Assembly (NCBI RefSeq): GCF_011386835.1
Contig: NC_088797.1
Span: 30,504,001-30,568,000, forward strand
DNA length: 64,000 nucleotides
Source: Chrysemys picta bellii
Lineage: Eukaryota
Direction: 5' to 3'
Below are positions 50,549 to 62,375 of the stretch, piece after piece; the stretch's first letter is position 1, and the number at the start of each line of letters is the position of its first letter. The notes under the pieces are model-generated. The model ran no database searches. It worked only from the letters and a program-made list of their open reading frames with translations, and was not told where the DNA came from. Made by a program: the position numbers and the translations under genes.

Positions 50549-51260
50549 TGTGACAGTTATTGCAACCACATGCAGTGTTTTTGAAGACTATATTGTATTC
50601 AGTTTATGAATGTTTAGTGTATTGTGGGCCAGGGACTGTATGCAACTCTATGGGATACCACAGCTGCTCCAGAAACAAAAAGCCTCAGAAATTGTAACCA
50701 GCTCCAGAAAAATAACAACCCTTGGGTGTTTTCCATATACGTATACTGGTTCAGGCTGGGTTTTCCAGACACTAAAAAACAAAGACTTTTGGTATATAAA
50801 GGCTGAGTTTTGAGAGACTGGGGGGGTCTCAACCCTTGCTGAAAAGTTGGAAAGGCTTTGACTAAGACTCCATAAGACTTATGGGTAATTTCTGTTATGT
50901 TTAGTAAACATGTAGGAACTTTTGTTGTTTGTTATATTTTCTCTAGGGTTTTTTCTTTTGGTCCTTAAAATGTACTCTGCTGAGAAAGACCTGTGTGGTC
51001 ACACCGTTAAAAACATGAATTGTCCTCGGAGAGAAAACAGCCCAGGCACTAGCCTTCAGGCAGAAAGGCTGGCTGGCGATGTTACAGTATATGGCAAGGG
51101 GCTATGCAACTGCAAACTTAAAACTCTAGGTCAGCAGGGAGTGGGATAAAGGTCCCTGCCCAGAGACTGGTGTTGGTTGGAGCCCTGAGCCATGACTGGG
51201 CACACCTGGAGGGACCACACAGATGAAGAAAATAGGTGCAGTTACCCTGAAACTGTGACA
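50549..51260 (+). mobile_element. Solo LTR (712 bp)
   Basis: Termini TGTGACAG...CTGTGACA, perfect 5-bp TSD CATGG at 50544-50548 and 51261-51265, and an internal TATATAAA near 50792. Confidence 0.8.
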
Positions 51261-51719
51261 CATGGCATGCAATGTTATGCAAAATGGGTATATGCTAAAA
51301 TTAGGCGCTGTGGTGTGTACACTATAATTTTGTAAGTGCAGTGTACAGCAAAGAGCATGGGTTGCATAATTTCTGTATACTTGTGTATTTCCCAGGGCAT
51401 GATTTTTGTATACAGTGCACATGCCTTGGGGCACGTTCCGTACATACATGTACCTTTGCATGGATTTACCCCCTGCAGCAATTTCACTAACTCAGTGTAA
51501 CTCCTAGGAGTTTACCTGATGTCATACACCTGCCGGGCTGTTTTCCTCACTGGACACAAATCTCAGCTTTGTTTTCACAGAGGAGTTTCACAATGGGAAG
51601 CTCTTATAGAAGCTGAGTGCAGACTACTGGGCAGCTTTCTGTAAAACATTTGTAGGAGCTGATGTGGGGGAGGAACAGGAAATCTGCTGCGCTTTTGGTG
51701 CATTATAACAAGGAGAGTG

Positions 51720-52070
51720 TGGGGGACAGAGTCAGGACTCTTGGGTTCTATTTCCAGCTCTGAGAGGCGAGGAGGGTCTCATAGTTAGAGCAGGGAGGGT
51801 CTGGGAATCAGGACTCCTGGATTCTGTCCTTAGATCTAGAAAAGAAGTGGGGTGTAGTAGTTAGAGCAGGGAGGCTTGTAGTTAGGACTTCTGGGTTCTG
51901 TCCCCAGCTCTGGAAGAGCAGAGGGGTCTAGTGTTCAGAGGGGGGCAATGGGGAATCAGGACTCCTGGGTTCTGCCCCTTGCTCTGCTAGTGACCTTGGA
52001 CAAGTCATTTTGCTGCTCTGTGCCTCATTTTCCCCAGGATGGGGAATAACACTGATTTATCCCCAGGAAG
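51720..52070 (+). repeat. Four tandem SINE heads followed by one MIR core
   Basis: GGACT.(C/T)TGG.TTCT at about 75-bp spacing with TAGT.GTT.AGAG A-box-like segments; the last unit continues into GTGACCTTGGACAAGTCA. Confidence 0.8.
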
Positions 52071-52564
52071 TTTGCAAAACTATTGATCACTGTGAAGTGC
52101 TTTATAATCCTCCAAAAAAAAAAAAAAAAGGACCAAGCAACAGTATGTGGTGATAAATGCAGAGCTGAATCTTGAAGGCTTGCTCTAAGAACTGCAAATC
52201 TTCCTAAATTAGGATTTGGGGGCATAAAAGAGGGTGCCCTGCTCTTTGGATAGCATGGATCTGAAGCAACCGCCCAAGAGACTAGCAAAAGGCCAGGTCT
52301 CCCAGCAAGCAGTATCTATCTGTCTTCTGGTGTGATTAGCACTGCTAAATTTAGTAGGGTTGCCAAGGCACCCTGCAAACTCAGGAGGCAAAGATCTATT
52401 TATAGATTAAGCTAACCTACTGTGCTGTTAAAATGTCCTGGGTGTGTGAGTGTGTGTCCCCTTTGCAAATGATGGCTTTTTAAAGTATGGTAGTTAGTTG
52501 TTTCCTGGTTCCTGCCCACAAGCAGCTTAGAGGCAGGTTGAGAGCAAGAGTCACTGAAATTAAA

Positions 52565-52650
52565 GAAGAACAGGAGGACTTGTGGCACCTTAGAGACTAA
52601 GAGTCCTCCTGTTCTTCTTTTTGCAGATACAGACTAACACGGCTGCTACT
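52565..52650 (+). mobile_element. Miniature Penelope-like insertion with short inverted arm
   Basis: 11-bp direct repeat CTGAAATTAAA at 52554-52564 and 52651-52661; 19-bp inverted arms at 52562-52580 and 52602-52620; same terminal sequence as the 62-kb copy. Confidence 0.8.
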
Positions 52651-53637
52651 CTGAAATTAAATTACATCTTGTTTTGCCTGGGATTCTGGGAACTGTAGTT
52701 TGCAAAGTTGGCTCCAAAGTTTTCAGTCTCCCAGTTTTCAAAGTTAAGCCTGGTCCCAAGAGTCTGAGGGGCAAATGTGGAAGAATTCTGTTCTATGTTT
52801 AAGCGCAGCGCTTTACCGACATGGGTGAATTAATCCCCCTGTGTGATCTTGGGTGATAAATAATGTTATCCCCATTTTATGTATAAGGAGCTGAGGCATA
52901 CCGGAGGGAAGAGTCTTGCGAGAAGTCAAACAGCTAGTCACTGGCAGAGCTAGGGATAAAACACAGGAGTCCTGGCTCACAGGCCGCCCTTGTTGTTCTA
53001 ACTCACTAGAGCTCACTCCCTTTCCAGGGCTAAGACTATAACCCAGGAGGCCTGACTCTCAGCTGTGCCCTGCTCTAACTTACTAGACCACACTCCCCTC
53101 CCAGAGCTGGGAATAGAAGCCAGGAGTCCAGAATACAATACTACAATGAATGTAATTATTGAGGGACAGAGTGGTCCAGTGGGTAGGACTGCAGCTCAGG
53201 ACTCCTGGATTCTAGTCCAAGGTCTGCTGTAGACCTTTCTCTGTGTGCCTCTATTTCCCCTCTCCCCTTTTGTCTAATTGGACTGTCAGCTCTTCAGGGA
53301 AGGGACTGCCTGTCATTGTGCATTGGTGCAGCACCCAGCATGACAGGGTGCAAGTCTCAGTTGGGGTCTGTACAGCACCCAGCACAACAGGGGCGGGGCT
53401 GGCTGTGCTACCATAATGCAAGGTGCGGCAGGGGCACAGTAATAGTAAAACCAGCTAACAGCAGGGAAGCACATGGTCATCGTAGGCCCTGTTGCTGAAC
53501 TCAGGCTCTGGATCCCATTGCGCCTGAGATGCTATCCCAAGACACTGATGGGCTTTGCTCATCTCCCTGAGTTTGCTGCATCAGGACTCTTTATTGGGAA
53601 GGAAGAGGAAAACTGCCAGAGCCTGGACGGGGGTGGG

Positions 53638-53660
53638 ACTACATTTCCCAGGATCCCTTG
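53638..53660 (+). promoter_or_regulatory. ZNF143/Staf site in the MACROD1 promoter
   Basis: ACTACATTTCCCAGGATCCCTTG, about 205 nt upstream of the first ATG, closely matches ACTACAnTTCCCAGnATGC. Confidence 0.7.
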
Positions 53661-53864
53661 CACACAGATGGGCAGGTCTTGCAAGTGCAAAGCCCTTGGT
53701 GAGTTTCAGTGGCAGCGCAGCAGCAATTTTGTCCTCTCTCCCACCCCCCTTTGCAAGCCAAATACCAGGTGCAGTAAATAAGGGAGAAGAATTTCTCTCG
53801 ACTGCTCAGGGACCAACCAGGGAAGCTGGTCTGGGAGACCCAGTGCATTCCCTTCTGTGCTACT

Positions 53865-56800
53865 ATGCCAGGGGTTCTCATGACCCTGCTAGGCAGGAGA
53901 CTGTCTGGAGCTTTAGGGCAGCTTCTGGGGGGCTGGGGGAAAGGCAGGATCCCTTGGGTGGTGGGTAGTGTCAGGAGGGGCACGTGGAGCTGCAGGGAAC
54001 CAAGCACTAGCAGCCTTCCCCGTGGCACGGTCCAGTTGGTATCAAGAGCCTTCCGGAGCTGGGCAGCTGCTCCCCCACTAGGCATGGCGGCTAAGGTGGA
54101 TCTGACCACGTCCACTGACTGGAAAGAGGCAAAAAGTAAGTGTGAGGGTGTGGGTGTGTGCGCGCGCCATGCCCAGTTACCCCTTCCCTCTGCCATGCCT
54201 CCCTTTAGCTGGGCATCATACAGCCCTTTGCAGCATGCCTCCACTTAGGGCCACTTACCCTGCCTAATTTTGACCCCAAGGGCATTTGTCTCTTCCCTGG
54301 GCACCATGCAGCTGTGCAGGGAATCTGAATACCAACATGAAGTCCACCCCCAGGTATGGAACAGCTGGAGGCCTGTTGCCACAGTGCATTGGGTTAGTTA
54401 AAAACTGATACAGCTCTTCCAACATCACTCATCTCTGCACCCCGCCATACAGCATAGGTAGGAATCCCATAATGCCTTGTGCCGCCTCAATGCATTGTGG
54501 GTGATTTGTGGGATCCCCTTCTGGAATTGTGGGAGTGCGTGTGTGTGTCAATACTCCCAGCATCCCTTGTGCCATATCCCAGAACTCACCTGGCAGTGGC
54601 ACCATTCCCAAATTACTTGGAGGGAGGCAGCACTTCCTATCCCAGGTGTTGCATGGAGAACAGAGCTGGTGCGTTAGAGCTGTTCCCTATGGGGCTGGCC
54701 TTCTAGAACCAAACCATGGGACCAGAACACTCTGCACTGACTGCTAGTGGCACTGCAGTGTCACATGCCAGCCCTGACCCCACCATGAGAGCTGCCCTGG
54801 GCACAGAGAACGTATTGGCCTATCCGCTTTCTAGCAGTCAGTGGCAGAAAGTGCAAAAGCATCCATGTTGTGCTGCTGGCACAGTCCCCCTGGGTTATTA
54901 ATCCTCTTCATCATGGTAGTGCCTGACACCAGCCAAGAACAGGACCCTGTTGTGCCAGGCACCATACAAACCCAGAGTAAGAGACAGTATCTGCCCCAGT
55001 GAAAGATGGTATAGCAGGGCTCATATTGACGGGTGCCTCTGCATTTCATCATTGCACCCCTTCTGGCAGAGCCGGCTTTAGGAAGTGCGGGGCCCGATTC
55101 GAACAGTTTTGATGAGGCCCCGGCAGGGATGACTGAAAAAAAAAAAACACGTAAAAAAACATGTGGGGCTTGTTCTCACCGGGCGGCACTCGTAGTCTTC
55201 GGTGGTTTGTCCTTCACTCGCTCCGGGTCTTTGGTGGCACTGAAGGACCTGCTGCCGAAGTGCTGCCGAAGACCCAGAGCGAGTGAAGGACCCGCCGGTG
55301 AAGTGCCGCCGAAGACCCGGAGCGCTGCCAGGTGAGTAAAAATTAAAAAGGAGCCTCTAGCCAGGGAAGGGATTCTCGGCCACTTGCCCCCACCCCGGCG
55401 GCCCTGCCACTGGGCGCGGGGCCCTCTTAGGCGCGGGGCCCGATTCGGGGGAATTGGTGGAATTGGCCTAAAGCCGGCCCTGCCTTCTGGGGCTGGCTTA
55501 TTATCATAAAACCCAACACCGCAGCCCTCTTCCCTGGCCCCTTTCAGTTTATATTGAGATTCAGCATCCATATAGCCTCACCCAAGCCCCCATGCTCTAG
55601 GCTCAAGAGTCTTTTCAGCCCCTAATTAGGGGATTATCTTCCTCAAGGCTGGGGCACAGGATTTCTTAGGCCCTTGGCACAGCTGTCTTAGGCCGAACCT
55701 AACGGTCCAAGACAGAAAAATTGGGAGCTCTTTAAGAAGAGTGTATTAGATGGCCAAAAAGCCACAATTCCACAATCACGCAAGATGACAATTTTGGCCA
55801 AAAGCCCAGCCTGGCTCACTGGCAAAGTGAAGGCGGCAGTTAGAAATTAAAAAGAAAGTAATATAAAACAAATGGAAAAAGGGAGTAATAGCAATGATCT
55901 AAATTAGAGGGTAGGAAATGTAGAAAACTGATAAGAGGCACTGAAGACATCAGGGAAAAATGCATTTCTGGCAGGGCTAAGGAAAATAAGCAGTTTAAGT
56001 ATCTTAAGAACAAAAGAAATCCTAGCAATGGTACAGGCCAGTTACAAGCTGGAGATGGTAAAACTACTGTTAATGATGCAGAAAAGACAGAAGCGCTCAA
56101 TAAATATTTCTGTTCTGTATTTGGAAAGACATAGGATGATGTACTTGTAACCATCCTCATGTGAGAAGTACTTTTCAGTCCATTATTAACTAAGGAGGAA
56201 GTTAAAACACATCTATGAGGGATAAATATTTTTAAATCAGCCAGTCCAGATAACTTGCACCTGAGAGTCCTAAAAGAGCTGTCTGAGGAGATCTCTGGCT
56301 TGCTTGATGGTAATTTTTAATCAATCTTGGAATACTGGGGAAATTTCAGAAGACTGGAAGAGTGCTAATGTTATACCAGTCCAAAAGGGCGAGTGGGATG
56401 ACTCAGGTAACTGTAGGCTGGTTAGCCTGATATCAGTCCTAGGCAAAATAATGGAAAAACTGATATGGGAGTCAGGTGATATAGAACGAAAGGATGGGCC
56501 TATAATTAATGTCAGTTTGATAGGAAATAGGTCTTGTCAAACAAATCTGATTTCTCTCTTTGAGGAGATTGCAAGGTTGGTTGATAAAGGTAACAGCGTA
56601 GATGCAATACACTTAGACTTATGTACGGCATTTGACTTCATGCTGTACAACAATAATAAGCACTATGTAATATCAGTAGAGCACATGTTACCTGGATTAA
56701 GAACTGGTTAACTGACAGATTTCAAAAAGTAGCTGTCAAGGGTGAATCCCTATTGAATGGAGATGAGTCTCAGGGTGGCTGGCCCTTTAAGGGGAGCCTG

Positions 56801-59800
56801 GAGTAGGGCCCTCTCTACTGTGATGGGCTTCTTTAAGGGGAATGAGTCCATTGTGCCAAACTGCCGAGGTGGCTGCTTGGCAGTGAATTGGTTAATGGGC
56901 ATCTGGACCAGATAAAGGGCCTCAGACCAGTTGGAGGAGGATGCTTGTTAGGAAGAGGAGGTTCCCAAGGGCAGGAGTTTCAGTGGTACAGAGGAAGAAA
57001 ACTCCCAGGGAAAGGAACTTAAGGAGGAGCCTAGATAGCTGCAGGAGGCCCAGCCTACTAGGATCTGTGCTGCCTGGAGAAGAGTGGCAGTCAGATGGAG
57101 GGCCCTGGCTCCAGGGAAGGAATGGTGGCTGAGTGCCTCTTGGCTAAAGGGCCCAGGATGATAAACACAGATGGAGTCTGCCTCCCTGCTAAGAAGACTG
57201 GGTGATGGTCTTGTGTTTCTGTAAAAGTTTCTGTTGTTAAATGAGACCTTCAAAAGCCTTGCCAAGCCTCCTAATGACCCAGTTGGGGAAATTGTCAGGG
57301 TGTGTCTGAAGTGCTGTACCTGGCCACAAGGGGGCGTGTGGGATGGCATCTGCCTTACAGGGCATCCCTAGTGAAGTTCTGTAGGGATCAGTATTAGGCC
57401 TGATGCTAGTCCACATTTCCATCAATGCACTGGAAGTAAATATAAAATCACTGCTGCTAAAATTGATGGATGACTCAAAGATTTTTGGAGTGGGATGGTG
57501 AGGACAGTCCTGCACAGCAATCCACACTGCTTGGTAAGCTGGGCCCATTCCAACGAAGCATGTTTTATTACAGCCAAACGTGAGAGCATATATCTGGGAA
57601 CAAGGCTTGCTGGCCGTTCCTACAGAAGGGGGGACTGTATCCTGGAAAGTGGTGACTCTGAAAAGGATTTCAGAGTGGTAGCCTTGTTAGTCTGTATCAG
57701 CAAAAACAACGAGGTGTCCTTGTGGCACCTTAGAGACTAACAAATTTATTTGGGCATAAGCTTTTGTGGGCTAAAACCCACTTCCAAACAACTCAGGATG
57801 AGCTCCTAGTGTCACGCTGGGATAAAAAGGGCTGGTGCGATCCTGACATGTATGAAGAGGGAAGTAGTGAGTCAGAGCAGAGAGGTGAGTTTACCTCTGA
57901 ATACAGCCCTGGCGAGACCCCGGCTGGACTGGTACATCCAGTTGTGGGGATCACATTTCAAAACCAATGTTGAAAATTTGGAGAGGGTGCAAAAAAGATC
58001 CCCAAAAATGATTTGAGAGTGGGAGAAGATGCCGTAGAGTGAGAGACCTGGGGGGCTCAGTCTGGTGCTGATTTCCCCTCCCTGGTGCAGCGCACTCCTT
58101 GTTTGCAGAGGATCCCAGTCTCAGGTTCTGCAGGTGGGCATTGGCAGGGTGTGATGCTCCCCCAGCCGGGCAGGCAGGGCCGTGCCACTCGGAGGGCCCC
58201 AGGCTCAGAGTGCATCACACCAGCGCCTGGGTCCACCCTGCTCTGCAGGGCCACCTCAAGCAAGGCCCCTCCCCTGCACAGCTCTGCGTACCTGGCTCTC
58301 ACAGTGTTGTCACAGTGACAGGGTTTCAGCTGGGCTGGGAGCAGGGCAGACTGCATTGTTTGGGGAAACCCCCTCTGACTGGCTGCCTGCCCCACGGGCC
58401 CGCCTCCTGGGGTGAACAGCCAATTGGAGTGGCTTTTGGAAGTGCTCTCAGCAACGTTGAAGCCATGCTCACCGCAGGGGAGGGGAGAGCCCTGAGCTGG
58501 GGGTGGCCAATGGCTCCCCTTGGGAGCAAGGGGGATGGGTTGTGTGAGGGGGATGAGCCCCTGGAACTGCTTGCCCAGCCTGAAGGGGGAGGGGGACCTC
58601 ACTCCAGCTAGGCCAGGGAGAGGGGGGTGAGGAGCCCAGGAGATGCAGAGGTGGGGCTGGGCTGGAGACAGAATGAATGGAGGGAGGGGGCGGGGTGTAA
58701 GGTGGCATGAGGGGGGATTGGGTGAGGGATGGGGAGTGAGTGGGGTGTAAGGTGGTGTGAAGGGGGATTGGGTGAGGGATGGAGCTGAGGGGGCAGAAGT
58801 GATGGGCAGACTGGGGGGACAGTTTTGACTTGGAGGTGGTGTGGGGGGCAGAACTGGTCAGGGGTTGGGCAGATGGCAGCGGTGGGGGGGGAGAGCTCCT
58901 GCAGCAGGAGCCAAAGTCACCTTACCCAATAAAGCGGGAGATTGAGCAGAACTAATTGTCCCCGCCTGCCCCCGCACACACTCACTGGGCATGGGCTGTG
59001 GGAGTTCAAACATCAAACACCACAATACACTATTTATAACAAAATCTCCTGGTTGGGGTGGGGTCTGACTCATGGTTTTGCTCCCTTGGGGTGGGCAATA
59101 CCGAGCTGTATGGATGAGAAGCGCTACAGAAGTGCTGGGGGTGATTATAGGGGCACCTGATTCTCGTTACCCTAGTAACACTTCTGTGGGCCTTGTCCCT
59201 CCCCTGCAGCATACCTGAAAGGTCTGAATCAGAAGCAAAGACGGGAGCATTACTACACCAAGGACTTCGTCACACTGAAGGACATCGACACCTGGAAAAA
59301 AATGGCTAAAAGTGAGGCTGGGGGTTTTAAAATCCTTTATTAGTGCGTAGTAGATTTTCATTATGGGTTGGGGTTGAGGGGCACTGACAGAGCAGTGGTG
59401 GGGGAGCTCAGGGTTGGGATAGCAGGGGACTGTGGGTTGGGATTGAGGGGCACTTCAGTGGTCTCCCAGCATAGCCATGTGGATGTTAGAACCCAGTGTG
59501 AATTGTGGGGTGGAGGGCTCCCCAATTCTGGGATCTGCTCTCCCTCTCGCTTCTGATAGAGCCTAGGCCAATCATGCTTTGGGGCATGGCACAGCCCTGC
59601 CCTTTCTATCCCAGAATCCTGATTCTGGTGGCACAATGGATGAAGCAGGGTATGGCTGGACGCTTTTCCTGTAGGGCGTGGAGATCCCTGACCTTGGACC
59701 CTTGTCTCTAGGTGCCCGACTGAAGCAGCCCGAGGAGACCAAATTCCCCAAAGACAATCACCTGAACGAGAAGATCTCGCTTGTCCGCCGGGACATCACC

Positions 59801-59831
59801 AAACTGGAGGTGGATGCAATCGTCAATGCTG
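53865..59831 (+). CDS. MACROD1: Mono-ADP-ribosylhydrolase MACROD1 (LRP16), exons 1-3 only; the gene continues beyond the window
   Basis: Exons 53865-54135 (in-frame ATGs at 53865, 53880 and 54084), 59210-59311 and 59712-59831, all with phase-1 junctions. Peptides MAAKVDLTTSTDWKEAK, YLKGLNQKQRREHY and LNEKISLVRRDITKLEVDAIVNA match. Intron 3 runs to the window end. Confidence 0.95.
55067..55482. mobile_element. hAT-type MITE in MACROD1 intron 1
   Basis: TIRs CAGAGCCGGCTTTAGG / CCTAAAGCCGGCCCTG; perfect 8-bp TSD CCTTCTGG. Confidence 0.85.
56764..57359 (+). mobile_element. LTR-like insertion (probably a solo LTR)
   Basis: TG...CA-bounded block that splits contiguous CR1 sequence; no clean TSD (GGAGA versus GGGCA); contains a CTCF-like motif at 57321-57338. 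Confidence 0.5.
57668..57784 (-). mobile_element. Truncated Penelope-like terminus nested in CR1
   Basis: Same GTAGCC-TGTTAGTCTGTAT...GGCACCTTAGAGACTAAC terminus; it breaks off inside the hammerhead core and has no TSD. Confidence 0.75.
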
Positions 59832-62065
59832 GTGAGTGGGTTACAGATCCCCTCTGCTGACCGGACCCCCTGCTCATGTAGCACCAACAGCTCCTCCTCT
59901 CTGCATGTTGCTGGTTGGGGTGGAGGCTTTGGGTCACGGCGGGCTCGAACCCCATGGTGAACATATGGCGAAAGAGGGTTGGGTGTGAGAAAACGTGCTC
60001 CCATCCATGTCTGGGACTGGCAGGAGTGCCAGCTGCCCGTCAGGCTGTGCTCTGAGCCAGGAGAGGGAGTTTCAGTGGGGTAGGGTGCTGGGCTGCCCCC
60101 AAGAGCAGCTGGCTAGGTGCCATTTGGCTCTGGCCTGTCTGTTCTGGAGGGTGGGGCTCCTGTCTGCTGAGAGAACATGCAGCCTGTGCCACTTCTGCAC
60201 AGTTCTGTTGCCCCCCAGAACCCATTGGTTGTGTAGGACTTAACCCCATCCCATATGTGGTATAGGGTCTGTCGATCATCCCACTAAAGAACTGCTGTGT
60301 GTGTAGGTTCTAGCCCTTTTCCAGATGTTCTATAAGGTTGGTTATTTGCCTGCCCAAAGATTATGGTGCGTGTATAGGATTTTGGTTGGCTGTGGAGGGT
60401 GGCTTGATCTATTTCCACCAGTAGCTGCTATATATGTGTGTCCATGGGCTCTGTGTCTCCTAGTTACTTAGTGAGTGGTCTCTGTGAGGTGGTTGGGGTT
60501 CGTTACTGTCTGTCTGTCTGGGGGAAGGGTGGGTGTGGATTTATCTGAGGGTTTTTGTTTTGTTTTTAAACCTTTGTTCAGAGCAAAACTTCCCTTCCCC
60601 ATTAGTGAAGCTGGGGTGTGTCTGACTGAATTGAGGGAGGTGGGTTTCATGTGGCACTGGCCTCGTTTTTGCTGCTGTCCCTCTGTGAGCTTGGCTTGGG
60701 GTGGGGGTCATAATATTGCTGGAAATGGGGCTCTGCAACTAACCCTCCCTGAGCTTTGGGCGGCTGTAGAACCCCAACCCTGCCACCCATTGGGAAATGG
60801 GCTGAACCAAACTCGAGGGGTGGGTGGGTTGGGTGCTGTCCAGATTCCATGACTGTTCTGATACAACTGAATGCCCCTCTGTTGTACAAAAGCTGAGCCG
60901 GGTGTGGGGCAGGCTCTCCTCTCCAGCGTCTTCAGGAAATGAACCAGTGAGACATCACTCCCTGCAGCCCAGGCTGTCGGCCAGACTCAGGTGAGCGTAG
61001 TTGTCAGTTACTCAGGGCAGCTCCCCACTCTGAGTGATCGGCTCAGGCTCTCTGCAGACTCAGGCAGGGGTTGCTGCGTGTGTTACCCTGGGCCAGCTCC
61101 CCCTTTTTGGTGTGCTTGGCTCAGGGTCTCTGCAGGCTCGGGCAGGCGTTGCTGCAGCAGTTACACTTGAGGTCACATTTTCCAGCTTTTTGGCTTAAAT
61201 CTTTCTTTGTTTAAAATGGAAGTCGAGACTCGTGCATCATCCCATGACTCCAGGAGTTGGGTTTTTAAGAGAAATGTCAAGTAGCAGGCGCTTTTTTGTG
61301 GGAGCTGGCAAGTGTGATCATGGACCTGATGCCTTAGAGATGATAGGCCCCATGTTCTGTTCCTTGCAACTCTCTTGCCCTGGGGCTGGATTGGAGCCAA
61401 TGCCCCCTTGAGGGGAAAGGCCCCGTGTCCCATTTCCCATCCCCTGAGCCAGCCACTCACCCTCCCTCTGATCGGGGGCCAGATTGGAGCTGGTGGCCCC
61501 TAGAGGGGAAAGGCACTTTATCCAATTCCTTTTCTGCAAAGCATTCTGTGACCAGGAACTCTGTGCGAACAATGAGAGGGAGAGAGAGAGAGACGCTGTA
61601 TCCAAATGACATCACTGAAAGATGAGACGGTGTCAGATTCTGATTCACCTTCTCCCTCTGTGGTCCCCAATCTGGTGTGTGCCAGAACTGAATGATGGAG
61701 CCTTCCCCGGCATCTCCCCTTCCTTAGCACAGACTCTCCATTCTGTAAGCAATTCATCCCAGAGTCCCTCATGAGAGATGGCTCCAGTGCAATTTATCTC
61801 TGACATCTGGCTAAGGAGCCTGTCAACCCAGTCAGCACATGCCTCTTAAGCTGCAGGGAGATAAACTCTAGCCATATGTTCCCTGTGTGTGTTCCTCATG
61901 GCGGGTGCTTGTGGGGAAAGGGCTCTGCTTAGAGCTGGCTGCTTTCTGAGAACTGTCTCGACCATGGGAATTACCAGACTGGTCCATCCATCCCTGTATC
62001 CCACCTCTGACAAAAAGAAGAACAGGAGTACTTGTGGCACCTTAGAGACTAACAAATTTATTAGA

Positions 62066-62105
62066 GCATAAGCTTTCGTGGGCTACAGCCCACTTCTTCG
62101 GATGC
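62066..62105 (-). ncRNA. Minimal type I hammerhead ribozyme motif, identical copy in the inverted arm
   Basis: Exact reverse complement of 62336-62375. Confidence 0.7.
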
Positions 62106-62335
62106 ATATAGAATGGAACATATATTGAGGAGATATATATACACACATACAGAGAGCATAAACAGGTGGGAGTTGTCTTACCACCTCTGAGAGGCCAATT
62201 AATTAAGAGAAAAAAAACTTTTGAAGTGATAATCAAGCTAGCCCAGTACAGACAGTTTGATAAGAAAACTCCCACCTGTTTATGCTCTCTGTATGTGTGT
62301 ATATATATCTCCTCAATATATGTTCCATTCTATAT

Positions 62336-62375
62336 GCATCCGAAGAAGTGGGCTGTAGCCCACGAAAGCTTATGC
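62336..62375 (+). ncRNA. Minimal type I hammerhead ribozyme motif (Penelope-associated)
   Basis: GCAU-CCGAAGA-A-GUGGG(CUGUAG)CCCAC-GAAA-GCUU-AUGC gives stem I GCAU/AUGC, a 5-bp stem II, a palindromic AGCU stem III and predicted cleavage after U62371. The core carries U4C and one extra A after A9. Confidence 0.7.

Larger units (their letters stand above)
55690..58050 (+). mobile_element. Decayed CR1 ORF2 fragment interrupted by an LTR and a Penelope terminus
   Basis: RT-region peptides (EDWKSANVIPV, NCRLVSLISVLGKIMEKLI, SCQTNLIS, AIHLDL) with frameshifts and stops. Boundaries are approximate. Confidence 0.8.

Noticed and set aside
52914-52923. TCTTGCGAGA, resembling the BANP/ZBTB33 palindrome
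   Set aside because: It is imperfect and lies inside a MIR copy.
53639-54244. 201-aa ORF on -
   Set aside because: It is the antisense shadow of MACROD1 exon 1 in GC-rich DNA, with no recognisable homology.
58057-58611. Overlapping 170-181 aa ORFs on both strands
   Set aside because: GC-rich intronic DNA with few stops in any frame and no family motifs.
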